From assembly GCF_009914755.1 (NCBI RefSeq), contig NC_060928.1: DNA of 64,000 nt. One strand, given 5' to 3'. Source of the DNA: the human T2T-CHM13v2.0 reference genome, Homo sapiens. This document shows, piece after piece, positions 13,581-30,068 of this stretch. Each line of letters opens with the position of its first letter. Position 1 is the stretch's first letter. The notes beneath the pieces are model-generated. The model did not search any database. It was not told the DNA's origin and saw nothing but the letters and a program-made list of their open reading frames with translations. The translations under genes and the position numbers were made by a program.

Positions 13581-16229
13581 GTCAAATGCAGTAGATTAAA
13601 ATTATAGGCTATTGGATTACTTTGTAAGAGAAGTCTTTCAGGTAAATATTTGAATGCATCTGTACAATGATTTATTACAGTTACTTATCTGTAATTAATT
13701 GTACAATTATTTATTACTCTTATAAGGCATTCTTATGCAAATGAACGCCTGGAGCAATTAGTACAACTCTTTAGAAAGTAGGCATAAGATAAATATTGTT
13801 CAAATATGTCAGACAAGGCTACTTGTTTTTATTAACTTTTTAAAATGAACTCCTGAAGAGGTTTTGGTATAACTGTTTTTCTGTCTCAATCGTGCTTACT
13901 TTATTAATTTGCTCAGCAAGGTCTTTATAGATAATCTAGATTGTAAACTTAAGCCAGCATAACCCTTATCTGGATGGCCATACATTCTGAATGACTGATA
14001 TGCAAATTAATCAATGCATTGAACCCCCACAATCATCTAGTGCCTGAGAAATAGTGAGAAATAGTCAGCTCTTTAAAAATGTGCACGCTACCCTCTTGTT
14101 GGCCTTAAAGTGGATTCAATGCTAAATACTGATTTGGTAAGAACAAAACAGTGAATCTGCTACAGTGTTGATGATGGAGGGATGGGAGAGACAATAATAT
14201 CATTATTTTCTAGGACTCTACAAAATACTTTTACTGACATCATTTTATTCAACGGAACCCCCAAAAGTTGAAAAACTAGGTATTATTGCCAACCTTCTAC
14301 CTCCTTTCCCTTTCTTGAAATAAAACTCTTAGGTTACTGGACTCACCCAAAGCCACCAAACAACTACATGGTGGGGAGGGTGAATCCAGTTCTTCCACAC
14401 ACTAAATCTAGATTCTTTCCACTGTATTTTACCGTATCCCATTAGGAAAATATTTGCAGAGTTATACGAACATTTCTACCTCACAGAGATTATACATTCT
14501 TGGCCTGGGGACGGAATCTAGCCTTCAGACCTCTTTTGTTTTGCCTGAAGAGTTTTTGAATTTGAATTAGTTACTATTATTTTAAAAATGGTAAGAGATT
14601 AAATCTGCGATTTTCACTTCATTTGCAAAATAGTTTTGGCAACAATCAGCTAGAACTTAGTAGGGACATCCCCCTTGAGAGTAGGCACATCTATTTCAGA
14701 ATGCCACAGACCTCACCACTCCTTACCATATCCCTCAGTACTGTTATCTGCTATTTTTCATCATAAAACAAGATCTCTTCATTCATTTTTATTACCTATC
14801 TGGTTCCTGATATAAAGTAAATTGTCTGTGGACTAAGCAGATCTCTACAGATACCGTTAGTAATTTTCCTCATCCAATTTGGACAGGGTAATCTTTATGC
14901 ATCTTTCTAGCCCTGGTTCCCTACAGTCAACAACCTTTTTATCTTAATTTTCTTCATTAAATTGTTCCCCTAATGGAACAGAGAGACAGCTTTGAAATTG
15001 AAGATTTCTTCAGCTAAAAATTCCCACAAATTTCCCTTGAGTCATACTTTAATAGTTGGAATTGGACCTGTCTGGAATTACTAGAATTATTCCCCATACC
15101 ACTGTCAAGTCTGTTTCAAATTATTTTGACTAACTCATTTTCCAACTCCCTCCCTCCATCTCTGTCCTGCCAGAATGTAAATTCTCTGAGGTCAGAAGAT
15201 TCTGGTCTTGTCCACTACTAAAATCTTAGGCCAGGTACAATGACTGGCCACACGGCAGGTGCTCAGTAAATATTTGTTTACTGAATGAAGGTAAAAATGA
15301 TGAATCGTAAGTGGATGTTACTGGAGCCCTCTCAGTGTGGTCTTTCAGACCTAGCTGCCTGTTGTGTGGTCTTCTGTATGAACAGAGTCCTCTCTTCTCA
15401 GCAATCTTTTGGGAAATAATTCATTTCCTAGACACAGAAAAGGATCTAGCTCCAAAATTTGTTAACTTTGTTTATTGATAAAAATACTCCTTCAAAATAT
15501 CAGTTTTTGTATTGAACTAACATTTACAGAAAACCTAGCCTTTAAGAAAACAGAGTTATATTTCTTAGGTTAACTAAACTGATTTGCTCAGACTTCAAAT
15601 CTACACTGGGGTTTTTTGTTTGTTTGTTTGTTTTTTCACTGTGCCAAGTTGAAAATGGTTTTCAGCCCATCCAGCCTCTTTTCTTAGGGTCAAAAGTCTT
15701 TCATGTATGCCTCAGGGCTGCAGAAGAGCTTTGCTGTCACTTGCTTTTGCTTTATTTTAGCCTTTACTCACTTGCCAACAACTTATAAGGAAAAAAGTAA
15801 GTGTAGCGAAGGTACTTATATCTGGCTTCCAGTCACTTTTCAGGATGCTTCCTAAATGCTAACTGCCCTCAAACATTTTCGTTTTCTCTCTTCTATTTTC
15901 TTCCCTGTTCTAACTTGACTATTTTCATCCTACTTTTTAAATTTAAAAAAATATATAGAGAGTCCTTCTTGCTTTTCTCACCATGGTTTGCTTTGAAGGG
16001 TAATGAGAAAGATTCAGACACAGGCTGTTTCTTTATCGCTTAGGTCTTGGACTCCCCTTCTTATTCAGCATCCTATCCTTCATCACTTAAGCTACTGTAG
16101 ATATGAAGGATTTTCTTTATATCTTTTAAAAATTCTTCTGAACGTTTAAAATGCATTTGAATGTTAGGTCTCTTTCTTCCTTTTTTTTTTTTTTTTAAAT
16201 AAATTGATTCTTCACTTGCTTTTCACAAA

Positions 16230-16380
16230 ATCACAGGATTTTAAGTTGGAAGAAACTTTAAAGATATGCTACCAGTCTCCTTGTTTTACAGATGAAGAAA
16301 CTGAGACAAGACTCAAAGTGGTTAAGTGCAGAACCAGAATTAAAACCCAACCTTCTGGCCTCCTAGTCAGAAGTACTCTT
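16230..16380 (-). mobile_element. MIR
   Basis: ttttacagatgaagaaactgagac motif. Confidence 0.65.
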
Positions 16381-16989
16381 TCCTTTAGTGTTGAAATTAT
16401 TTCTTCTTTTTATTAAGCTATGCTCCTTATATTTTAGTTAAAAAATGATTTTAAAATACTTATCATTCCCTAAGTGTAGGGGTCTTTGTGCCACGGGAAG
16501 GGAGTACAAAGTCCTCGGGAGGGAATTCCTTATAGTAGAAGCACTGTTGTGTTATAGGTAAACCTGTTTTTACTTTGTTTCATGTTTCCATGTGGAGGGA
16601 CCTCTGTCAGAATAACAAAGCTAGCCCATTACTCACTTCTTCACCATCAAGAATGAGGAAAAAATACTGGGTATGCATTGCTCAGCATCTGTCTACCTCC
16701 TGCCCTACATTTCCCACATATTTTAGAATCTCTCATGCTATGTATTTCACAGTTCTCATCTATCTGTGGCTGTCTAGTTTGAAATAAATACTCATGTGAA
16801 AGATAATAACATTGGAATAATTAGGCTATGAGTGGTGTGTTCATGTGGGAAACAACAGAAGAGAAGCTACCTGATGGTGCCATTCAGAGAAAAATAGGAG
16901 GTCAGAAGGAGGCTGACTTGGGAGAGATTAAATCTCTCAGCTATCTGTCTTATTATAATGTTGATAATCTCACACTTGCATGTTAGAAA

Positions 16990-17157
16990 TGTTACTTATT
17001 TTGCTACACTGATTTTGTATCCTGACACTTTACTGAAGTTGTTTATCAGTTTCAGGAGGCCTTTTGAGAGTCATTAGAGTTTTGTAGGACTAGAATTATT
17101 TTGTCAGCAAAGAGAGATAGTTTGACTTCTTCCTTTCCTATTTGGATGCTTTTTCTC
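16990..17157 (-). mobile_element. Older L1 ORF2 fragment (downstream part of the interrupted element)
   Basis: gattttgtatcctgacactttactgaagttgtttatcag...tttggatgc is L1 ORF2 antisense. The element continues at 18885. Confidence 0.85.
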
Positions 17158-18879
<1,722 letters not shown>

Positions 18880-18884
18880 CGTGA

Positions 18885-21760
18885 TCTTGCCTGATTGCTA
18901 TGGCTATCACTTCCAGTACTATGTTGAATAGGAGCGGTGAGAGTAAGCATCCTTTTCTTGCTCCAGTTCTCAAGCAGACTGCATCCAGCTTTTGTCCATT
19001 AAGTATGATGTTGACTGTGGGTTTGTAGGGCTCTTTAGATGTAGATGGCTCTTATTATTTTGAGATATGTCCCTTTTAAGACTAGTTTGTTGAGGGTTTT
19101 TATCATGAAGGAATGCTGGACTTCATTGAAAAGCTTCCTTCATTGAAAGCTTTTTCTGCATCTATTGAGATGACCATATGGTTTTTGTTTTTAACTTTGT
19201 CTATGTGGTGAATCAAATTTACTGATTTGTGTATGTTGAACCAATCTTGCATCCCAGGAATGAAGTCTACTTGATCATAGTGAATTAGGTTTTTGATATC
19301 TGTTGCATTTAGTTTGCTAATTTTTTTGAGGATTTTTTGCATCTATGTTCATCAGGGTTGCTGGGCTGTAGTTTTCTTTTTTGTTGTGTCTTGGCCAGGG
19401 TTGTTATCAGAGTGATGCTGGCTTCATAGAATGAGTTGGAGAGGAGTCCCTCCTCGATTTTTGGGGATATTTTCAGTAGAATTGGGACCAGCTCTTCTTT
19501 GTATAGCTGGTATAATTTAGCTGTAAATCCATCTGGTTTGGGGCTTTTTAAATTTTTTTTTTTTATTACTGATTCAATTTCAGAACTTGATATTGATCTG
19601 TTCAGGGTTTCCATTTCTTTCTGATTCAATCTTTGGAGATTGCATGTTTCCAGAAATTTATCTTTTACCTCTAGATTTTCTAGTTTGTGTGCACAGAGGT
19701 GTCCATAATAGTCTTTGGACATCTTTTATATTTCTGGGAGATCGGTTGTAATGTCACCTTTGTTGTTTCTGATTGTGCTTATTTGGATCTGTCTTTTCCC
19801 TTGTTAATCTAGTTAGTGGCCTATTGACCTTGTTTTTCTTTTCAAAGAGCGAACTTTTTGTTGCATTGATTTTTTGTATGCTTTTTTTGGTTCTTAATTT
19901 CATTTAGGTCTGCTCTAATTTTAGTTTTTTTTCTTCTTCTAGCTTTAAGGTTAGTTTGTTCTTGTTTTTCTAGTTTCTGTAGGTGTGATGTTAGATTGTT
20001 AATTTGAGATCTTCCTAATTTTTTGATGTAGGTGTTTAGCACTATAAACTTTCCTTTTAACGCCTTTGCTGCATCCCAGAGATTAAGATATTTTGTGTCT
20101 CTGTTTTCATTTATTTCAAAGAACTTTTGATTTCTGCCTTAATGTAATTGTTTACTCAAAAGTCATTTAGGATTAAGTTGTTTAATTTCCATGTAATTGT
20201 TTGGTTTTGAGAAATCTTCTTGATATAGATTTCTATTTTTATTTCACCATGGTTCAATAGTACGGTTGGTATGATTTAGATTTTTTTGAGTTTATTGAGA
20301 CTTCTGCTTTATGGCTCAGCATGTAGTTGATCTTAGAGTATGTTCTGTGTGTATATGAGAAGAAATGTGTATTCTGTGGTTAATGAATAGAGTGCTCTGT
20401 AGATGTCTATTTGGTCCAATTGGTCAAGTGTCAAATGTAAGTCCAGAATTTGTTAATTTTCTGCCTCAATTATCTGTCTAATGTTGTCAGTGGGGTGTTG
20501 CCCACTGACATAGGCACACACTATTATTGTGTGGCTAAGTCTTTTCTTAGATCTACAAGTACTTTTTTTATGAATCTGGGTGCTTCAATGTTGGGAACGT
20601 ATATATTTAGGGTGGTTAAATCTTGTTGTTGAAATGAACTCTTTATTATTATGTAATATCCTTCTTTGTCCATTTTTACTGTTTTTTTTTTAACTATTGG
20701 TTTAAAGTCTGTTTTATCTGATATAAAAATAGTGACCCATCATCTTTTCTGTTTTCCATTTGCATGGTAGATAATTTTCCAGCCATTTATTTTGAGCCTA
20801 TGTATGTCGTTACATGTGAGATGGGTCTCTTGAAGAAAGCAGACAAATGAGTGTGTTTTCTTTTTTCCTTTTTTGTAAATACAACTTGCCTTTTAAGTGG
20901 GGCATTTAGACCATTTACATTCAAGGTTAATGTTGATTTGTGAGGTTTTGATCCTATCATGAGATGGTTAGCTGGTTGCTTTGTAGTTTCTATTGTGTGG
21001 TTGCTTTATAGGGTCTGTTTTGTAGGGCTGCTTTGTAGGACTACGTACTTAGGTGTGGCTTTGTGGTATCAGGTATTGTTCTTTTGTTTCTATGTTTAGA
21101 ACTCCCTTAAGGATCACTTATAAGACTGGTCTAGTGGTAACAAATTCCCTTAGTGCTTGCTTGTTTGGAAAATATTTTATTTGTCCTTTGCTTGTGAAGT
21201 TTAGTTTGGTGGGTTATAAACTTCTTGATTGAAATGTCTTTTGTTTAAGAATGCTGAAAATGGGCCTCTGATATCCCCTGGCATGTAGGATTCCTTCTGA
21301 GAAGTCCACTGTTAGCCTAATGGAGTTATCTTTTGTATGTAATCTGACCTCTTTCTCTAGCTGCCTTTAAGATTTTAAATTTCATGTTGACTTTGGACAG
21401 TCTGGTCACTACATGCCTCAGTGATATTCATTTTGATAGTATCTTGCAGGTGTTCTCTGAATTTCTTGTATCTGGATGTCTACCCCTCTAGCAAGATTAG
21501 GGGAATTTTCTTGAATTATTTCCTAAATTATGTTTTCTAGGTTGTTTACATCCCTCCTTCTCTCTCAGGAATGCCACTAATTTGTAGGTTTGGTTGCTTT
21601 ACATAATTTTATATTTCATGAACACTTTGTTCACTTTTACACATTATTTTTCCTTATTTTTGTCTAACTGGGTGAGTTCAAAAGACCAGTATTCAAGCTC
21701 TGAAATTCTTTCTTCTGCTTGGTTATTAATATAGCTTTCAATTGCATTTTGAACTTCCTT
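18885..21760 (-). mobile_element. Older L1 (L1PA-old/L1PB-like): part of ORF1, inter-ORF region and ORF2 EN/RT
   Basis: Decayed ORF2 peptides in ORFs 19103..19342, 19309..19722 and 19842..20042 (e.g. [27 protein letters not shown]). Confidence 0.92.
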
Positions 21761-22026
21761 AAATTAAGAAAAACATCCCCACAGCTGAGAGAGAAATATA
21801 TTTAACTTAATAAAAATTTAAATATGAAATTAATTTAAAACTCAATCATAAGATGATGCTTTGGGGAAATCTTTAGTTGTAAGTGTGTGTGTGTGTGTAT
21901 GCTTCTGACTTCTGCACACTCTAACTTGATGTTTTTTTATGCTTTCCATATAGATCATTGGAATATTGACTCCATCATTTTAAACATAGTTTATGTTTCA
22001 AAAACCAGAATAAAAGAAGCTCCATT

Positions 22027-22064
22027 TTGTGTATTCTTAGTTCTTGTGTATTCTTAGTTCTTGT
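22027..22064. repeat. 17-bp tandem duplication
   Basis: ttgtgtattcttagttc occurs twice, followed by ttgt. Confidence 0.9.
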
Positions 22065-23829
22065 TAAAATAAAAAATGGATTTTCTCAGGAGTGGATCTG
22101 TATCCTTTTACAGTTAAGCATTTCCTATTATATCTGTAATAGCAACACAAGGTGACATTCTTACTAAGCAAGTGAGGTTATGTTTTCCCAGCAATCGTTT
22201 TCAAAGAAAGAAACAGAATTAACAGAATTAAAGTAGTGTATCAATCCACTAATAAGGAAGTACTAAAAAAAGTTCTATTTAATCTATCCAGCCAACAATT
22301 ATTATTCAGCAGTTGTTTATTTAAAGCTACTTTGTGACAGCCTGTATCAAATCCTGCTCCGTATTCCCAATTCTCTCCCCAGTAGTGTCCTGGATATTTA
22401 ACTGCTAAGTAACATTTTTTGATTAGCCTTGGTTTTGTGAAGCATGGAGAACAAAAGAGAGAAACATTAATTTTTCTATGTGTTTATAAAGTTTTTGGCT
22501 TTATTTTTGTTTTGTATATCTTTAGATATGAATTGTCTTACAAAGACCAAGCACATGATGGTGTCCAGCTCTCTCTTTGAATTGCCTGTACCATTTCCTC
22601 TGCAGTTACAGAAAATTCTTTCATCTTGTTCCATCCTTCTGCAGTAGACTATATGCTCCCCAAGGGTAGGGTTTTATTCTATCTTGTTCACTACTGCACA
22701 TGACTGGTATATGGTATATAATACAGTAAGTTGAGAGAATTTAATAAACTGGGCATGATTGGAGGTCTCTCAGAACAATCATTCAGAACATAGTTTGCTG
22801 GTGACGTGAACTGAACTCTGACTAGAGGGAGAACTATGTTTACGGATGGATGCTTCCCAAAAGAATAAGCTCTTTTGCTGCCTAGAGAAGAATATTTCTA
22901 TCTGAACAACCTACTCTATAATACCAATCTCAGGTGAATTTCTTTGACATTTCAAAAGACTAATTGACCTACTAGTATTTTATTTAAAGGCAAAAGATAA
23001 AATCCATGTGATAAATCCCAAGTTCTATTAGAATAAATCAGGAGACACTTATACTTTTCATCTCATAATTATTTGATACATGTTGGCATTGTAATCTATT
23101 CACACTGCAATATTATTTTAGTTGAAATATCAATTGTACTTCTAAGAGCAAGAATTGCACTTCTAAGAGTTTAGGAAATAAAACAAATAAAAACAAAACA
23201 AAGACAAAAAATTAGTAAAAAAGATTAATGCTGCAATCAAGTTGAAATATTTTTCTTTTAATAATTTTTTGTTATTTTGTAGTCTACTTATTTTGTCTTT
23301 TCCCATAGCAAACACCTAAGTAGCATACTAGACTCCTCCTTCTTAATGAATGAAGCAGTGAGAAAGTAAAGGGAAGGGCATTTGACTGCAGACAGTACCA
23401 CCACTGGACAATGAGAAATTTGTTGTGAAAAACTTATCTGGCTCATTTGAAGAATTTAAGTTTGAAAACAAAATCATTTCCCTAGAGTGTTCTCAGTCAC
23501 TTAGACTTCCCTTAGGCTTCACATAATAATAGAACGGAAATGAATATGCATTGTGAATTGTGAGTATGAATTTTTTTTTGCAAGCATTATAGGAAAGCTG
23601 TGTTTGAGCTATACTACGGGAGAAATTTTCATTGCTTTCAGTCTTATACATTTGTGAATAAATGGAATAGCAAATCTACCTCACAGAATTGGGTTCCTAT
23701 GATAGGGAAATAGCCTGAAGACATCAAAACTTCATTGCTGAGGGCTTTCTTATCATGTAATCCCAAGTACTTTAAGTAAAATTGAGAATTAATTAAAAAG
23801 AATGCCAAAGAGAACTCAAAGAACCATAG

Positions 23830-24238
<409 letters not shown>

Positions 24239-27184
24239 CTGTAGACACATTTTTATAAGCCCTAACTCTTTTGGTGTTGATGTTGTTTAAAGCAGAAAAG
24301 GAGTAGCTACATTAAATGTTGAATAAGGACTATTGGAGAAACAGAAATGACAGCTGATGCTCTGAGAACAGAGAACAAAGAGAAACAACAAACCCAGATA
24401 GAAAGGCTTTTAAAACATAGCAGGATGTAGAAAGCAGAATGGAGATAAACAGCCTTATATGTATTTCAAGATATAGAAGTTGTTAATGTTTTCAGCCTGA
24501 AAAATAATTGGTGTGCATATAATGATATACTTGAGGTATTAGGAAAATATATTGGGTAAAATATTATTGTTTAAGAAAGAAGACTTCAGAAAAATTTTTG
24601 TTTTAGAATGACTTGTTTTAAAAGATTTCCATCAGGAATGATTTAAGTAAGTATTAAAGTTTTGATGTTTAAAGAGAGAATGTCTCAGCTATTTGGCGGT
24701 AGAGTGGCACAGTGCAATGAGCACATGCTTTAGAATCAGGGAGCTTTGAGTTGTGTGATATTGAATGATTTTGATATGATATTTTATTTTTCTCCTCTGC
24801 AAAAGGGTCTTGATATGCCTACATAAAATAGGATTGTAATGAAAATTGAATTAGTTAAATGATATATGCTAAATATTTGGCCCATAGAAGGAATTCAGTA
24901 TGTGGTGGTCATATCAGTGAAATAGCAAATTCCCCTTAATGGTAAGAAAATTATGCATTTTGAATTTATTTTTGTCATTAGGCAACATCATTCAAAGGGT
25001 GCAGGAAGATTCTAGCTAGGAATCTGGCCTTATCCCTTTTTCTCTTCAATTTTAAGGCTATTAATGATAAGACATCCGGATCATCAAATAATCAATAACA
25101 AGTTTGGGGCAGTTAACCTGCTATGGTAACTTGTACCAGCACTTGGCTCTTTTGAAAGATGAATGCTACATCAAATTAAGGCAAGGAAGGAATTAACAGT
25201 GTTTGTTAAAGACAGTTCTTCATTTCTAAAAATAGGCATGTCAACTACAGCACTGTAAATAATTATAGTGGAAAAGTAGAAATACCAAGATGACTACTCT
25301 TTTTCATTTGACAGTTAATTCACACAGAACTTATATTCTATGAACTTTCCAATTTTCACTATTTTTGATCTACAAAAATGGTGCATATGGCTCAACATAA
25401 GCATTACTAAAGCAAAGATAATTTATTCATTATCTTATTTTATTTGTACAAATGAGGCAAGGGACAAAAAGATGCATGGAGTTACATATCCTGTATTGTA
25501 CATTTGTCAAATAGTTTCTATATAGAGTATTACAGAAAAAATATATTAGGGGAGATAGATAGTTGTCAGTAGTATTTGCTATCCTCATAAACTTGGTTTC
25601 ATATTTAACAGTTGGTTTCGCCCAGTCAGGAGTAACTCAGATCTGAACTCCATGCAATTCTTCAGCTTCAGAATAGGAAATTAGTTTATGCTTCCTAGTT
25701 GATCTTGAGTGCACTTCCAATTGCACTGAGTAGTCACTATGCTTTCTTTATGTGTGACATTTTGACTTTTCTGGGCCCTCAGAATTATTTCTGACCTTGG
25801 TTAACTTAGCAGATTAATGAGACTTTTATTAAGTATTCCAAAGGTAGCTGGGCTACTGACTTAAAGATGATGAAAATTGCTTTTCCTTGGATAAGCGCTT
25901 GATTTTATATTCACTTTAAAGATTGTCTTCTGGAAACATTAAGATACCTTGATGAATTTACTAACTAGATTTTGGTGGAGTAAGAGTTGCAATTAATGAG
26001 GTAACATTTTGCTGATATCTTTAGAAACTAACCATTAAGCCCCAAGGTTTGTCTATGAAGATTTGCACCTTTCTATGCAGAATTATACCTTACTACTTTA
26101 AGAAATCATTTCATCTAAACAGAATCTCCTGCCTGCATTGGCTAATTGGAGAAATTCAACATCATTAGCTAAATTAATTGTTTCATGTGGGTTGTTCTTT
26201 AGAATGTTATAAACTGTAATGGAATTACCAAGTTGAAGGCAATTAATTGGATGTACTTCAAATATATTCTAACCAAATGCTATAGCTAGCATTCTCTATA
26301 ACTGTTTAAAAACTACAAAAAAAAAACTATTGATGAATCTTAGTGCCATCAAAATAGCCCAACTAGAACAGTTTTAAAATGCCTCATATCTGTATAGTTT
26401 GTGTCACCTCAGAATGTGATGACTCAGGTTGATGACTGAGAAGGTCATCATTATGATTACTGCCTCTTAAGTATTATTCCAGTGCCTCATATTTTTAAAG
26501 GAGAAAGTGAGACGTTGGAATACTTTCTCTAGGTTTTTAAAGCCTATGCATCATGGAGGGAGGAACTGAATGCACGTTCCTCATGTCTAGGACTCATGTG
26601 TTAGAAAAGAAGTTGAAGATTCAGATCCCTACACAAGTGCCACAGAGGTACACAGATGAGTGGAGATGGCACAAGGACTCAGGATCAGAAAGAGAGGGAA
26701 GGCTGAGATCTGTGACGAATTTGAAAGCAAGTCCCTTTTTAAAGTGGCTAGATACCACTTGGCTCCACTGGTTGTTGTCATATGGGAATGTGGTTCCAGT
26801 AAAGCCAGATACTGTGATTTTTCAAACAAATTCACATGGATGGAGTTGCACATGAAATAATTACATGTTGAAATGTTGGTAACTAAAATTATAATTTTAA
26901 GCCCCATGGCTCAAATAAAACACATCTGTGGGTGCTGGGGAAGCAACCTCTGGATCAGATTCCAACACCCCTATACATATATAAGTGCTATTAAAAATAA
27001 AGAATGTAGAAATGCTGTCCTTCATCAATGCTTAATATATTGATATATTAATAATCAATAAAAGTATTCAATTTATTCAAATTAATCAAAGAAGATATTT
27101 TTAGAAGAAACTAGGATATTCATCAACAGATAGTAGGTACATAGGTGCCCACTAGGTTGCTGTGACACATTCATTATCATGAAT

Positions 27185-27511
27185 TTTTGTTTTTTGTGTG
27201 TTTTTTTTTTTTTTTTTTTTTTGGAGACAAAGTATGGCTCTGTCACTCAGGCTTGATTGCAGTGGTGCAATCAAAGCTCACTGGAACCTTGAAATCCTAG
27301 GCTCAAGGGATCCTCCTTCCTCAGCCTCTTGAGTAGCTGGAACTACAGGTGTGTGCTACCATGCCAGGTTAATTTTTTTTTTTAACTTTTTTGTAGAGAC
27401 AAGATTTCACTTTGTTGCCCAGGTTGGTCTCAAACTCCTGGGCTCAAGGGATACGCCTGCCTCAGCCTCCCAAAGTGCTGAGATTCCAGGTGTAAGCCAC
27501 CGTGCCTGGTC
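27185..27511 (-). mobile_element. AluJ
   Basis: Reverse Alu with J-type ggctcaagggat motifs. 13-bp TSD CATTATCATGAAT at 27172-27184 and 27512-27524. Confidence 0.95.
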
Positions 27512-29303
27512 CATTATCATGAATATTTAAAAAGATAGACATATTTGCTGCCTTTCTCTGGTTTATAAGTGTGTTTGTTGAGGAAAAAAATAAGATTTCC
27601 TAAGAGAGTTGTAAATTATTGAGAATGGAATATTAACAAAGGATGAAAGTTGTATTGACAGGGTATACTAGATACTACAAAAGCTGGCGGTGGAATAAAA
27701 AGACTTTTCAAGTTTCTTCTCAGCATCATGTTTTTTAATTAAACAAAAATGAGTAGTGGTGATAGATATGGTAAAGAAGAGAAAATTAGAATATGTTATT
27801 ATCCTAGATCGTGGCCCTCAAATTAAAATACTGTATTTGACAAAGTTGAAATGAAAATTTTATGTAAATTTAGCATGAGAAAAAAAATGAAGAAATATAT
27901 AGATTCTATGAAATAATTTGTAGTTCCCTGAGAACTAAGAAAAAACATTTGGAAAATCGTGGAGTACAATGTGCCATTTAACTACTGCAGACAATGCTCA
28001 GCATCTGTCCAGCGGATGAAGCAAAGGACAAGGAATCAGGGTCCATTTCTATTTCTGGCATTGACACCTCTGGGCCCTAGAAAAACAGGGTTACCCTGCA
28101 GCACTCAGGTTACCCCATTGTTAAAAAAAGACCACACATATCCTAAAGGAATTTTATGCATTATTTTTGATAGCTATAAACCATTTGCAGATTTTAAAAA
28201 TTGAGGCTACCACAAAAGCAAGGAATGTGATTCTCTCTCTCCACAATTTACAGAATTAATGAAGAATTGCAATGGTCAGCCAGCAATCAGATATGTGCTA
28301 GAATATTCTTATTTGCATTTCAACTCTGCTCATTCTGGAACTCGTTGTGTTTCTTTTCAGGCAATGTCCTATAACTTTTGCTTTGCATTCAATTTAAATA
28401 AAAAAAGCAACTCTGGGATGATTCATTATTTAAACTGTGGTCTTCATACTCTCCCTTGGAAACTGAGGCAGCCATATATGTAAGGCTACAGTTAGGCAAA
28501 AAGATAAATAAGTTACATGCTAAAATCCAGAAGTCCAGCTATCAAACATGAATTGTATAAGTTCATTGTCCTTGTTTGTATTGTTTACAAGCTGTTCTTC
28601 GGTGGCTTTGAGTGAGACACTAACTTTGTATCTGACTCACAGTCTTACCTTTCTTCTTCAGAAAAATATAACATAAATGAGGAATTTGAAGACAAACATT
28701 ACAGATACAAAATACACTTACCTCTCTCTTACAGCCTGATGCACAATATGGAAAATAGTACTTTTTATTTCTACCTACTCTAATTACACATGTGCCATTA
28801 AACCAATTCCCAAATAAAAGCAAACATAAATAGTACACACTTTATAGAAGAAATCATTCTCTTCTATTACCTAATAAATAACTTGTAAGAAATTTGATGA
28901 GTTGATGTTGTTTAAGGCAATGTATCATGTAACCTTCTTGAGAACTGGCTTCCGTAAGCACAATGCTATCATAGTTCCCATCAATTCAATTACATTGAAT
29001 TACAAGTGCATTTTGCATGCATATACATATATATGTTTATATCTATTACGTGCACACACTGACTTTTAAAAAAGCATTGAAAGTAATATATCAATCAGAA
29101 GCTCTAGAATATAAAACATAGAAGAAAGGAAGGATTATCTGCAAACACTTAGATAAATTTTGTGCACTGAGCTCAACACAAGACACATACCCTTAATGGA
29201 TATTAGCATATTAGGAGAATCGTATTGGCAAAGGAAATAGATTTCTAAAACAAGTCTGCTTTGCAAATGGTCCCTCCCAAACCAATTCCTATGGATACTG
29301 TAC

Positions 29304-29484
29304 CTTCCGGAGGGGTTTGAGCTTGGTCTCCATTATGAAGTCATACTTGCAGAGCTCACAGCAGCGTGTATCTGAGCTCTTTATCCACTGGTGGAGGCAG
29401 GACTGGTGGACAAAGCGCAGTGTCCCAGTGCAGCGACAGGGTGTGATGAGGGGGTTCTCTTCATCCCCTTCGCAGTGACAGATT
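29304..29484 (-). CDS. MARCHF1: MARCHF1 RING-CH (C4HC3) domain exon
   Basis: Acceptor tctttctgcag|AATCTGT at 29485/29484 and donor CGGAAG|gtacag at 29304/29303. 181 nt encoding [60 protein letters not shown], a RING-CH signature. Confidence 0.97.
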
Positions 29485-29649
29485 CTGCAGAAAGACACAG
29501 CAGCCATTATGAGATCTCCCAGAGAACATTTCTCGCCTGTGTTATTTCTGCCCTTGCTTATACTAGGGCTATTATAAACCGCAACCTAAGATTTAGAACA
29601 CATGGACATTTTACTCCAACTTTGATGCTAGAACCAAATCTATGATCAA

Positions 29650-30068
29650 TACGGATTGAGCATTCCTAACCTGAAAATCCTAAATCTGAAATGCTCCAAA
29701 ATCCAAAACTTTTTGAGCACCAACATAATGCTGTGAGTAGAAAATTCCATTTAGTCAAAACATAGGTGCACAACCCAAAGTTTATTCACTACCTTGAAGG
29801 GAAAAGTAAAATTACCTTCAGGCTATGTGTACAAAGCGTATATGAAACATAAATGAATTCTGTGTTTAGACTGGGTTGAATCTCCAGGATATCTCGTTAT
29901 GTATGTGCAAATATTGCCAAATCAAAAAAAAAGTCCCCAATCCAACACACTTCTAGTCCTACCCAAAATATCTCATTATGTATGTGCAAATATTCCAAAA
30001 TCCTCCCAAAATTGAAATTGGAAACATTTCTAGCACCAGCCATTTTGGAAAAGGAATACTCAACCTAT
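29650..30068 (-). mobile_element. Tigger4/Zombi (MER46-like) TcMar DNA transposon remnant
   Basis: TIR-like ends ggattgagcattcc...ggaatactcaacct. Internal motif aaatctgaaatgctccaaaatccaaaac and a duplicated atatctc(g/a)ttatgtatgtgcaaatatt. Confidence 0.75.

Noticed and set aside
26553-26907. 100-aa ORF and overlapping ORFs
   Set aside because: No domain is recognisable and the 3' part resembles an hAT DNA-transposon remnant.
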